A DNA stretch of 55,772 bases from Elusimicrobiota bacterium. Its GTDB lineage: Bacteria; Elusimicrobiota; Elusimicrobia; FEN-1173. Location: NCBI GenBank assembly GCA_022703335.1, contig JAKLDV010000002.1, forward strand, positions 1-55,772. The letters are read 5' to 3'. The translations under genes were made by a program, and so were the position numbers. Below are positions 31,874 to 40,656 of this stretch, one piece after another. The notes under the pieces are model-generated. The model saw only the letters and a list, made by a program, of their open reading frames with translations, had not been told where the DNA came from and did not search any database. The stretch's first letter is position 1, and the number at the start of each line of letters is the position of its first letter.

Positions 31874-33165
31874 GGCAGAGGTTCTTTCCCCGCGGCCACC
31901 GCAAGCCGGACGGCGTCGAGCTTGGCGTTCAACAGGGCCTGATCGTAGGCCAGACGGGTCTCCAGCAGGGAACTCAACGACGACAAGACCTCCAAATTAT
32001 TGACCAGTCCCAGACGGTATTCTTCCGTCTGCACGCGATAATTTTTTTCGGCGAGTTCCAGGGCCGTCGCCAGCTTTTGGATTTGGGAGAGGCTGCCGGA
32101 GAGGCTCTGATGGGCGGAACGCACCTCGCTCTCGGCCTGGCGCGTCGTTCGCGAGAACGCGAGGGCCGCCGTTCGCGCCCGCGCGCCGGCCGCTCTCCGG
32201 CCGCCCTTCAGGCTCCCGCCCGTGAAAAGAGGCAGGTCCGCCGTCAGCTGGGCGTCCCAATCGACGGGCTCGTAGGTCCCGTCCCGACGGACATAGTAAC
32301 CGCCCTGAAGGTTCAGGGTGGGCCAGGAGGCCCGCCGCGCCGCGGAGAGAAAACTTTCCGCCGCCCGGCGTTCCTCATCGGCCGCGCGGACGTCCGGCCG
32401 GGAGGAGGCGCCGGCCAGAAAATCTTCCAAGGGCGGCGGCGGGGCGGGGTCGGCCACGTCGTCGGCGATCCCGCGGATCGGTTGCCCCGTCAGGAAGTTC
32501 AGGAGTTCCAGCGCGGCGGCGCGGAGTTTCCGGGCCTCCTCGATCCGCGCATCGAGCGTGGCGATTTGGGTCTGGGCCGAAAGCACCTCGCTGCGGCGGG
32601 AGCGGCCTATTTTTTCCCGCCCCTGCAGTTCACTCAGGCGGTCCGCCGCGGCGGACTTCATCGAACCCAGCGTGAGGAGGCGGCGGTCGAAGTCCGCCAC
32701 GTTGAAGAACGCCAGCGCCACGTCCGCAAAGAGGAGCTGTTTCGCCCGGTCGAGGGCAAAGGTCTGTCCGGCGATCTGCGCCTTCACGCCTTTGAGGGCG
32801 GCCATTTCGCGGAAGCCGGAGAAGAGGAGTTGTTTCGCGTAGAATTTTTCCGTGGTTTGAGTGCGCCGGATGGAGTCGGAGGAGGTGTTTCCCTCGTCCT
32901 GGAACAACTCGATGAGGTTGAACCCGACCTGAGGAAGGACGCCGGAGCGGGCCACGAGGTATTGCGCCTCCGCCAGTCGGATCTCCTCCGCGCTCAGGGC
33001 CACGGCCTCGCTTTTTTTCAAGGCAAACCGGTAACAATCGCGAAGAGTGGGAACGGATCCCGACGGGGAGGGGTCCTCCGCGGCGGTGAGGGGGAATGGG
33101 CCGACCGCGACCGTCCACAAAAGCAGAAGGGCCGCGCCCCGTTGAGGAGGGAAAATTTTTTTCAT
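31870..33165 (-). CDS. TolC-family outer-membrane efflux protein
   Basis: Signal peptide 'MKKIFPPQRGAALLLLWTVAV' and two repeated coiled-coil/beta halves typical of OEP proteins. 4-nt overlap with the RND gene. Start set at ATG 33165. Confidence 0.8.
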   Translation of the reverse strand: MKKIFPPQRGAALLLLWTVAVGPFPLTAAEDPSPSGSVPTLRDCYRFALKKSEAVALSAEEIRLAEAQYLVARSGVLPQVGFNLIELFQDEGNTSSDSIRRTQTTEKFYAKQLLFSGFREMAALKGVKAQIAGQTFALDRAKQLLFADVALAFFNVADFDRRLLTLGSMKSAAADRLSELQGREKIGRSRRSEVLSAQTQIATLDARIEEARKLRAAALELLNFLTGQPIRGIADDVADPAPPPPLEDFLAGASSRPDVRAADEERRAAESFLSAARRASWPTLNLQGGYYVRRDGTYEPVDWDAQLTADLPLFTGGSLKGGRRAAGARARTAALAFSRTTRQAESEVRSAHQSLSGSLSQIQKLATALELAEKNYRVQTEEYRLGLVNNLEVLSSLSSLLETRLAYDQALLNAKLDAVRLAVAAGKEPLP

Positions 33166-33352
33166 CAAGACAGGTGCCCCGTTTCCTTTTCCAAGCCCGC
33201 ACGACCGTTCCCGGGGGAACGGGATAAAAGGGTCAATCGTTAAATAATAGCCGTTCCAAGATGAACAATCAAACAGGGCCGCCGGACGACAAGAGAAAGC
33301 CCGACGTGATACAATAGGCGGGACAGCAGCCATTTTTTGACCGGGAGGGTCT

Positions 33353-33892
33353 ATGTTTAAGCGCTTGGCGGTGGGGGAGTTCTATCATCTGTTGGGTTTC
33401 GGTCCGTGCGTCCTGATCACGTCCGGGGATGAGAAGAGGGGCAACGTGGCGCCGATCGCCTGGACGACCCCGGTCAACGACGACCCTGCGCTGGCGGGGA
33501 TCGTGGTGGCGGAGACGCACTACACCACGGAACTGATCCTGAGGAAAAAACAATTCGTCATCAACGTGCCGCCGCTCGAATTGTTGAAACCGCTGAAATT
33601 TTGCGGGAGCGTGTCCGGCCGGAAAGGCGACAAATTCGCCAAGACCGGGCTGCGGCTGGAGAGGGGCGTGAAAGTCCGCACGCCGCACCTGAAAGACGCC
33701 ATCGCTTTCATCGAATGCGCGCTTCTTTGGAAACGAAACTTCGGCGGGGTCTATCTCTTCGTCGGCAAAGTCCTGCACGCCGCCGCGGAAAAATCGTGTT
33801 ATAAGAACGGGGTTCTCACCGCCCGGGCCCGGACCTTCCACCACCTGGCCGGCGGCTCCTTCGCGCTCACCGGCCGGCGCGTTTCGGCGTAA
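33353..33892 (+). CDS. Flavin reductase-family protein (FMN-binding split barrel)
   Basis: 'LITSGDEKRGNVAPIAWTTPVN' and 'HYTTELI...KQFVINVP'. Confidence 0.8.
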   Translation: MFKRLAVGEFYHLLGFGPCVLITSGDEKRGNVAPIAWTTPVNDDPALAGIVVAETHYTTELILRKKQFVINVPPLELLKPLKFCGSVSGRKGDKFAKTGLRLERGVKVRTPHLKDAIAFIECALLWKRNFGGVYLFVGKVLHAAAEKSCYKNGVLTARARTFHHLAGGSFALTGRRVSA

Positions 33893-34077
33893 ATACCACT
33901 TTTTCTTCGCCGACCCCCCGCTTCATCGCCGAAGAGGACCGGTTCCGCGGGATTTTTTCTGCCGCAGCGGCAGAGCGACGCACGGGCGGATGGAAAAGAG
34001 GGCGCGGGAGTGCGCTGCATTTCGATGGAGTGTTGAGGGAAAACCCGGAGAAACGGTCCGAGGTGAACGGGAAGCGA

Positions 34078-34968
34078 TCAGCCGCTTTTTTTGTTTCGGC
34101 GCAGCGTCAGGTAAATGGACATCAGGTCCTTATCGCCGCGGCCTTCCTGTAAGGCGCTTTCCATCAGGGCGCGTACGGCCTGCGTCACCGGCAGGTCCAG
34201 CCCCCGCCCTCCGGCTTCTTTGGTCATGAACCGGACGTCTTTGAGCATGTTGGCCAGGGAGAAGGCGGGGGAAAAATCTTTTTTGAGGACCGGCTCCTTT
34301 TTTATTTGGTAATAGGCGCAGTTCAGTGCCGGGCTTTCCTTCAGCACGTCGAAAATGCGGGCGGGATCGATGCCGCAGGTATCGGCCAGCGCTGCCGCCT
34401 CCGCCAGCCCCGTCGTCATCTGCGCCACGATGAGGTTCATGCAGAGCTTAAGGGCCGAGCCGGCCCCCACGTCTCCGGCGTGCACGATGGCCTTCGCCAT
34501 TTTCATTAAAAGGGGCCGGTGCGCCTCGAGCAAACCGGCCGGTCCGCCCGCCAGCAGGATCAGTTCCGCCGCCTCCACCTGCTTCTTGCTGCCCGTGACC
34601 GGGCAATCCAAAAACCCCCACCCCTTCTTTTTCGCTGTTGCGGCAAAGTCCATGGTGGACGCGATGTCCAGGGTGCTCATCTGTATCCAGACGACGTCCG
34701 GGTTGTCGGCCGCCAGGAACCCGTCCGGCCCGTCCATCACTTGCCGGATGGCCGCCGGATCGGTCAGCATGGTGATGAGAACCCGACATCGGGAGGCTGT
34801 TTCTTTGGGATGGGCCGCGACTTTCGCGCCGACGGACTCCAACGTCTTGGCCTTGGAGGCCGTGCGGTTGAAAACCGTGACGGGGTATCCCCCGGCGAGG
34901 AGGTGTCTCGCCATGGGCAGGCCCATGATCCCCAGCCCGATGAATCCGACGGACGGCAGCGCGTTCAT
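34078..34968 (-). CDS. NAD(P)-dependent oxidoreductase, 3-hydroxyisobutyrate/6-phosphogluconate dehydrogenase family
   Basis: 'VGFIGLGIMGLPMARHLLAGGYPVTVFNRT' and 'DCPVTGS', with C-terminal helical domain motifs. Confidence 0.85.
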   Translation of the reverse strand: MNALPSVGFIGLGIMGLPMARHLLAGGYPVTVFNRTASKAKTLESVGAKVAAHPKETASRCRVLITMLTDPAAIRQVMDGPDGFLAADNPDVVWIQMSTLDIASTMDFAATAKKKGWGFLDCPVTGSKKQVEAAELILLAGGPAGLLEAHRPLLMKMAKAIVHAGDVGAGSALKLCMNLIVAQMTTGLAEAAALADTCGIDPARIFDVLKESPALNCAYYQIKKEPVLKKDFSPAFSLANMLKDVRFMTKEAGGRGLDLPVTQAVRALMESALQEGRGDKDLMSIYLTLRRNKKSG

Positions 34969-35049
34969 GCGGGTACCTTAATTGTTTAGAGAACGATTAT
35001 CAAGCCCGCCGCCGGAGGCAGAAAACGGAAACGCGCACTTCCCAGACCA

Positions 35050-37035
35050 TTAGCCCGGTAAGCGTGTCTGTTGAAGGCGAACCCGTATCGGCAGAACCAC
35101 CACTTCATAGCCTCTGAAAATGAGGCGGCGTTGAAGGGTGAAGGACGTTTGGTTGTGGAGGAAACGGTTCCAGAAATTGTCCGCCTCAAAGACCAACTGG
35201 CCCATGAAGTAGCTCTTTTTGGGCCAATGAGCCCCTTCCCGGTGGCACAGTGTTTCCAGCCCTTCCACCACGTCGGTTTCCAGAAGCATGTGGGATTCGG
35301 CATACAGGCTCATCCCGTTGGCCAACTTGACGTATTTTTCCAGATCGGCCGACACGGATTCTTTGAGTTTCTGCAGTTCTTCTGCGCCTTTAAAGCGGCT
35401 GCTGTCCACAGCGCCGACCGACAGGAAGACGAAGTTCTTGAAGTGGCCGGGGAAGAAACGGTGGATGGCCAGAAAAGAATGGATGCCGAAACCGTTGTAT
35501 CCGTTCACCATCAACAGGGCCGCTGGAAGTCGGAAGGATTTTTCGGGGATTTTGGCAGACGCTTTCTCCGGCATTCGGGGGAGGATGTCTTCGAGTCGCC
35601 GGAGCGCGCTCCTTGTTTTTTCGTAGTGTCGGTGGATGAGGAAACAGGAGACGATCACCACTCCGGTGACCGAGAGGGTTACCCACCCGCCCTCCGAGAA
35701 TTTTTCGTAAAGAGTAACGGAGAGGATGCTGAGGCACATGACGAGCCCTGTGCCATGGACGGTCAATTGGCTCTTCCATTTCGGTTCCGTGCGGCGCCGC
35801 ACGATCCAATGGCGGGCCATGCCGAGTTCTGTGAGGGAGAAGGTGATGAAGACATTGATGGAATACATCACAACCAGCGTGGTGATGTTTCCGTTCGTAT
35901 AGTACAGGGTGGCCAGCGCCGCGCCGCCCATGAGCAAAACCCCGTTTTGTGTCACCAGTCGGTCGGACAGTTGAGAGAAGCGGTGGGGTATCCAAGAATC
36001 AGAAGCCATGTTGGCCAAGACCCGCGGACCGTCAAGAAAGCCCGCTTGTGCCGCAACCAGCAGGAGGGCGGCTTCGGAGACGAGGGCGATGACGACGAAA
36101 TCATACCCGATGTTCAGCCCATGCCATTCCCACGACCCGAAAAGATTTCCCAAAAGGACCGCGTTCATCGTTTTCCCGAACACCGGCCGGGCGTCGGTGA
36201 GCAAGTAGGCGAACAGGATGCCTCCGGCGGTAAAGGCGAGGGAGGTGGCCATCAAGAACATGGTTTTTTTCCCGGTTTGAACCCGGGGTTCCCTCAGGAT
36301 GGCGACGCCGTTGGAGACGGCCTCGATGCCGGTGTAGGTCCCGCCTCCCATCGAGTAGGCGCGAAGCAGGATGAGGGCCACCGGCAGGAAACCCATTGAT
36401 GAGACGGAGGAATGGAAGTCGGCCGCCGCTCCATGAAATATTCGGGGCAATCCGCCAAAATGGGACGTCACGGCGTAAACGATCATGAAGACATGTGTCA
36501 CGATGAAGAGCAGGAAGATGGGGGCCAATACGGTGACGGATTCCTTGATCCCGCGTAAATTCAGTGCCAACAGAAGGAACAAGAGGATTATTGCGCCCGT
36601 CAGCTTGAAAGGGGCCGCCCCGGCCGGGAAAAACGACCAAAGTGCGTCGCAGCCGGAAGCGATGGAGACGGAAATGGTGAGCACGTAGTCCACCAACAAG
36701 GCACAGCCGGAAATGACCCCGACCTTCGGCCCAAGGAGTTTTGTGGCCACCAGATACCCTCCGCCGCCGCCGGGAAAATGTTGGATAAGGTTGGAGTAGG
36801 CGATGGAGATGACGAAGATGGTGATTGCCGTCATGGCCACCAGGAGGATGGCCAGGTGGGTGTGTGCGCCGAGGGCGCGATAGGCCTCCTCCGGACCGTA
36901 GGCGGAAGAGGAAAGTCCGTCCGCGCCAAGACCGACCCAGGCGAAGAACGCGATGAGGGATACCTTATGAAAGACCTCCGGGTCCTGGGGATTTTTTTCT
37001 TTCCCCAGAACCCAGCCTTTGATTCGCTGCCACAT
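35050..37035 (-). CDS. kimA: KimA-like K+/H+ symporter (APC superfamily with a C-terminal cytoplasmic domain)
   Basis: By eye, collinear with B. subtilis KimA at the N-terminus ('IKGWVLGKE...DGLSSSAYGPEE', 'GGGGYLVATKLLG..G.ISGCALLVDYVLTISVSI') and at the C-terminus ('WNRFLHNQTSFTLQRRL'). Sits directly behind a c-di-AMP riboswitch. Confidence 0.8.
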   Translation of the reverse strand: MWQRIKGWVLGKEKNPQDPEVFHKVSLIAFFAWVGLGADGLSSSAYGPEEAYRALGAHTHLAILLVAMTAITIFVISIAYSNLIQHFPGGGGGYLVATKLLGPKVGVISGCALLVDYVLTISVSIASGCDALWSFFPAGAAPFKLTGAIILLFLLLALNLRGIKESVTVLAPIFLLFIVTHVFMIVYAVTSHFGGLPRIFHGAAADFHSSVSSMGFLPVALILLRAYSMGGGTYTGIEAVSNGVAILREPRVQTGKKTMFLMATSLAFTAGGILFAYLLTDARPVFGKTMNAVLLGNLFGSWEWHGLNIGYDFVVIALVSEAALLLVAAQAGFLDGPRVLANMASDSWIPHRFSQLSDRLVTQNGVLLMGGAALATLYYTNGNITTLVVMYSINVFITFSLTELGMARHWIVRRRTEPKWKSQLTVHGTGLVMCLSILSVTLYEKFSEGGWVTLSVTGVVIVSCFLIHRHYEKTRSALRRLEDILPRMPEKASAKIPEKSFRLPAALLMVNGYNGFGIHSFLAIHRFFPGHFKNFVFLSVGAVDSSRFKGAEELQKLKESVSADLEKYVKLANGMSLYAESHMLLETDVVEGLETLCHREGAHWPKKSYFMGQLVFEADNFWNRFLHNQTSFTLQRRLIFRGYEVVVLPIRVRLQQTRLPG

Positions 37036-37073
37036 GATAAGCCTCCTGATGCTGAAGGAAGGCCCCTTGGCAT

Positions 37074-37101
37074 AAAAAAAACCAAAGAGCGGGCTCTTTG
37101 G
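37074..37101 (-). terminator. Intrinsic terminator (expression platform of the c-di-AMP riboswitch)
   Basis: CCAAAGAG-CCCG-CTCTTTGG followed by U8, 38 nt upstream of the kimA-like ATG. Confidence 0.75.
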
Positions 37102-37268
37102 CTTGTGCTCTATGCTGTGGGCTTACGAGGTGAGCTGTCAGACTCGGGCTTTTCGCCCTACCCCTTTCGGAGATTCGCCTCAGGACCGGAACAGAGGTCC
37201 GACTTCTTGGTTCCCCCGCCTCCTCGGACGCTTTTCCCAAAAGGGGGAGCGGCGAGGAATTCAGCTAT
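37102..37268 (-). ncRNA. c-di-AMP riboswitch (ydaO-yuaA class) aptamer
   Basis: The minus-sense strand contains both pseudo-symmetric halves. First half: 'GCUGAAUUCC...GGCGGGGGAACCAA'. Second half: 'GGCGAAUCUCCGAAAGGGGUAGGGCGAAAAGCCCGAGUCUGACAGCUCACCUCGUAAGC'. Both match conserved cores remembered from the B. subtilis ydaO and T. tengcongensis riboswitches. Confidence 0.8.
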
Positions 37269-37274
37269 GGCCGG

Positions 37275-37303
37275 ATGATAGCACCGGCTGGGGGGGGTGT
37301 CAA
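37275..37303 (-). promoter_or_regulatory. Sigma-70 promoter for the riboswitch-kimA transcript (TTGACA, 17 nt, TATCAT)
   Basis: Minus-sense TTGACA (37303-37298), a 17-nt spacer beginning with C8, then TATCAT (37280-37275). Confidence 0.6.
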
Positions 37304-37410
37304 TAAGGGGGAACGAATCCGGCTGTTCGAGACGTCCCGTTTGGCGTAAAATAGGAAAGTCGAACTCAGAAAAAACCTCCGGAGGATTCTGCCGCAAGGG
37401 AGACCGATCC

Positions 37411-38700
37411 ATGACCAAATTCGTCGCCGATCTCCACATCCATTCGCCGTATTCCCGGGCCTGCAGCAAGGACCTCCGGCCGGAATCTCTATACCGGTGG
37501 TGTCAACTGAAAGGGGTCGCCGTCCTGGGGAGCGGCGATTTCACCCATCCCGCCTGGTTCGCCGAACTGCGCGATAAACTGCGGCCGGCGGAGGAGGGGC
37601 TGTTCGAGTTGAAGCCGGAACTGGCGGAAAAGGTCAACGGGGAAATTCCGCCGACCTGTCGCGCGCCCGTCCGGTTTTTATTGGAAGTGGAAATAAGCTG
37701 TATCTACAAAAAGGCCGGCCGCGTAAGGAAAGTCCATCACCTGATCTACGCTCCTTCGTTCGAAGTCGCCGGGCGGCTCAGGGAAAGCCTGGAAAAAATC
37801 GGGAATCTGCGCTCCGACGGCCGACCCATCCTGGGGTTGGATTCCAAAGACCTTTTGAAGCGGGTGCGGGACGTTTCCGACCGCGCCTACCTCATCCCCG
37901 CCCACGCGTGGACGCCGCACTTCGCGGTTTTCGGGTCGGAGTCCGGGTTCGATTCGCTGGAAGAGTGTTTCGACGAATTGGCACCGGAGATCTTCGCCCT
38001 GGAGACCGGGCTTTCTTCCGACCCGCCGATGAACCGGCGCGTTTCCGGATTGGATCGGCTCAGCCTGATCTCCAATTCCGACGCCCATTCTCCGGAAAAG
38101 ATCGCCCGGGAGGCGAATTTCTTCGATGCTCCGTTCTCCTACGAAGGCATTTTCGATGCGCTTCGGCGTCGCCCGGGGGGCCGGCTCACCGCCACCTTCG
38201 AATTTTTTCCCGAGGAAGGCAAATACCACTTGGACGGCCATCGCAAATGCCAAACCCGGCTGACGCCGAAAGAGACGCAAGAAAAGGGAGGACTTTGTCC
38301 CGTCTGCGCCAAGCCCGTCATCGTCGGCGTATTGAGCCGCGTGGAGAAGCTGGCCGACCGGGAGGCGGGGAAAAAACCGTCGTCGGCCTCGGCCTATGAG
38401 AGCCTCGTTCCGCTAAAGGAGCTCCTGTCCGAAACCCTCGACGTCGGTCCGGGCAGCCGGAAAGTGGATGCCGCTTATCACCGGCTGTTGTCCCTCTTCG
38501 GAAACGAGTTGTTTGTTTTGCGGGAACTGCCGCCGGGTCGGCTGGAGGCGGAGGGTTTTTCTCTTTTGGCATTGGTCCTCACGCGGATGCGTGAGGGAAA
38601 AGCGGACATTCGGCCGGGGTATGACGGCGAATACGGCGTCGTTTCCTTTCTTCGCCCGGAGGATCGCTTCTCGGGGACCGAAGCCGCTCCGGTTTCTTGA
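37411..38700 (+). CDS. Endonuclease Q-family protein (PHP domain plus zinc finger)
   Basis: 'FVADLHIHSPYSRACS', 'AHAWTPHF', 'SNSDAHSP', 'CPVCAKPV' and C-terminal 'GYDGEYGVV' follow the EndoQ/TIGR00375 layout. Confidence 0.7.
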   Translation: MTKFVADLHIHSPYSRACSKDLRPESLYRWCQLKGVAVLGSGDFTHPAWFAELRDKLRPAEEGLFELKPELAEKVNGEIPPTCRAPVRFLLEVEISCIYKKAGRVRKVHHLIYAPSFEVAGRLRESLEKIGNLRSDGRPILGLDSKDLLKRVRDVSDRAYLIPAHAWTPHFAVFGSESGFDSLEECFDELAPEIFALETGLSSDPPMNRRVSGLDRLSLISNSDAHSPEKIAREANFFDAPFSYEGIFDALRRRPGGRLTATFEFFPEEGKYHLDGHRKCQTRLTPKETQEKGGLCPVCAKPVIVGVLSRVEKLADREAGKKPSSASAYESLVPLKELLSETLDVGPGSRKVDAAYHRLLSLFGNELFVLRELPPGRLEAEGFSLLALVLTRMREGKADIRPGYDGEYGVVSFLRPEDRFSGTEAAPVS

Positions 38701-38910
38701 AGAAGTTTTCGGTCGTGGGACCCGCCTGGGAAAGGGCGTGCCGGGGGGCGGCCGGGCTCCGGGCGCGACGGGCTTTGTTCTTGTTGGCGGGGGCCTCTCG
38801 GCGGGTTTTGTGGACAGCCCCCGACGAGCTTTTAAAAATTTGCGATAATGTCGTCGGCTTGGAATAACTTGTCTTCAAGGAAGCTTCCCAGGAAAATGAT
38901 CGGATAGAGA

Positions 38911-40608
38911 ATGAAATCATTGGCTGCCCCCGCGTTTCATGCGATCACCGCCGCCGTCGGCGGCGCCTTTAGATATCTCAATCTCTTCGCGTTGAGGACG
39001 TCACGGGGTCATAAGGCCGCTCTTTTTGGCGCCCTGGTCTTGTTCCTCCTTTTTGCGTTGTGGGACTTGAAAAGCCCGGGCATCGGCCGTGACGAGGCCT
39101 CCATGGGCTACGCCGCCGCCGGCATCGATTTTCTGCACGCTTTAAAAAACCTCTCCTTTGAACGGCTTCCGTTGCAGTTCGACGGCCACCACGGCACTTG
39201 GATCGCCTACTCCGTCTACCCGTTTCTGAAAATCATATCCGATCCGGTCGTCGCCATGCGTCTGGCCATGGTCCTTTACAGTGTATTGACCTTGCTGTGT
39301 CTCTATCGGTTGGTGTTCGACCTTTATGGGGAGGGGGCCGCCCTGCTTTCTTTGTCGTTCCTCGCGTTTCATCCGGCCTTTTTGCTTATAACGCGGATGG
39401 GTGTCCGGGACGGGAACCTGCTTCTCCTCTTTTCCGTCCTTGCTGTCAGCTTTTTGATCCGTTGGTGGAAAGGCGGTCGAACAAAAGATTTTTTTCTCAT
39501 GTGTTTTACCCTGGGGCTTGGCCTGGGGACGCTGAGCTGGTTCATCTATTGGATGGCCGGGCTGTCGGCCACGCTCCTCTGTTTCGGGCGGGGTTTTTTC
39601 CGGAGGCTGATGGCAGCCTGGAAGAGCCATGTCCTCGGGGGCGGCGTCTGTTTTCTTTTGGGAGTGGGGCCCCTGTTCCTCGCCATGCTTTTTTCCGATC
39701 CCCCGTTTTTCCAGCCGATCGAATACCTGATTGTTTTGTGGTCGGGGCATTCCCAGGGAGTGGGGCTGTCTTCTCTGCTGGTTTTTCAGCCGCAGAGGAG
39801 TTTCGCCATTTTCCGCGCGGTTCTGGAGGGAGGGTATACCTTCCTGAGTTATTACTGGGACCTTTCGGTCGGCAATTTGAGGGGGTATTACACCTTGTTC
39901 CTCGTTTCGGCCGGATGGCTTGTGGCACGATCGGTTTTCCGGCGGCAACGCAGTTTTGAAACGGGGCTTCCCTTGGCGCTCGTCTGTCTGGTTTTTACCA
40001 CCCTGCTGTTTGCCTCGTTCGAGCCCTTGGGCGTGCATCCGGCGCATCTTCTTCCGATTCTGCCGTGGGCCGTTCTGATTTGCGCCATCGGAGTGCACGA
40101 TGTGTGCAAAGCGATCCCGAATGAGCCCGTGAAACGGTTGGTGATGGGGGTGGTTCCGGGCGTCGTGCTCGTCTCCGTTCTCTTTTTTGATGTCGAAGGA
40201 TACGTATACCTGCATAAGACGGGGGGCGGAACCGCCGACAATTCCGGGGCGGTCTATGATTTGGCCGTTTGGCTGAAAAAGAGAAATCCCCAAACGATCA
40301 TGGTGACGATTCGGGCGGTGGACAGGATAAAGTTCCTTGTCTCGCCGGCGGTGCAGCTCAAAGACATGGGGATTTATGTCGCCGCCACGGAGGAGGGTAC
40401 TTTCCAAAATCTGACAAAAATTTCAAAAAAAATCGACGTCTATGTGGCGCCCATCGGGAACCACAGCGGCAGTCCGGCGACCGATATGTTTTATTTGTTC
40501 AACAAGTGGAGGAAACAGCAAACTTCCCCCGTCATCCGCCTCAAGACCGTTTTCTATGATCGGCATGGTCGGCCGGCCTATCGTGTTTATGAACCTCAGC
40601 GATCGTAA
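38911..40608 (+). CDS. GT-C-fold (ArnT/PMT, GT39/83-like) polytopic membrane glycosyltransferase-like protein, paralog 1
   Basis: TM1 is followed by the loop 'WDLKSPGIGRDEASMG...IDF...LPLQFDGHHGTWIAYSVYPFLK'. There are 10 or more hydrophobic segments and a soluble C-terminal domain of about 170 aa ending 'HGRPAYRVYEP'. Confidence 0.65.
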   Translation: MKSLAAPAFHAITAAVGGAFRYLNLFALRTSRGHKAALFGALVLFLLFALWDLKSPGIGRDEASMGYAAAGIDFLHALKNLSFERLPLQFDGHHGTWIAYSVYPFLKIISDPVVAMRLAMVLYSVLTLLCLYRLVFDLYGEGAALLSLSFLAFHPAFLLITRMGVRDGNLLLLFSVLAVSFLIRWWKGGRTKDFFLMCFTLGLGLGTLSWFIYWMAGLSATLLCFGRGFFRRLMAAWKSHVLGGGVCFLLGVGPLFLAMLFSDPPFFQPIEYLIVLWSGHSQGVGLSSLLVFQPQRSFAIFRAVLEGGYTFLSYYWDLSVGNLRGYYTLFLVSAGWLVARSVFRRQRSFETGLPLALVCLVFTTLLFASFEPLGVHPAHLLPILPWAVLICAIGVHDVCKAIPNEPVKRLVMGVVPGVVLVSVLFFDVEGYVYLHKTGGGTADNSGAVYDLAVWLKKRNPQTIMVTIRAVDRIKFLVSPAVQLKDMGIYVAATEEGTFQNLTKISKKIDVYVAPIGNHSGSPATDMFYLFNKWRKQQTSPVIRLKTVFYDRHGRPAYRVYEPQRS

Positions 40609-40656
40609 AAGATCCGCCAAAAGAGAAAAAGCGCGCCGTTGCGGTGAGGAGCGCTC

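Noticed and set aside
37297-37410. Upstream extension of the EndoQ ORF
   Set aside because: It overlaps the divergent riboswitch promoter. The conserved EndoQ N-terminus ('FVADLHIHS') follows directly after ATG 37411.
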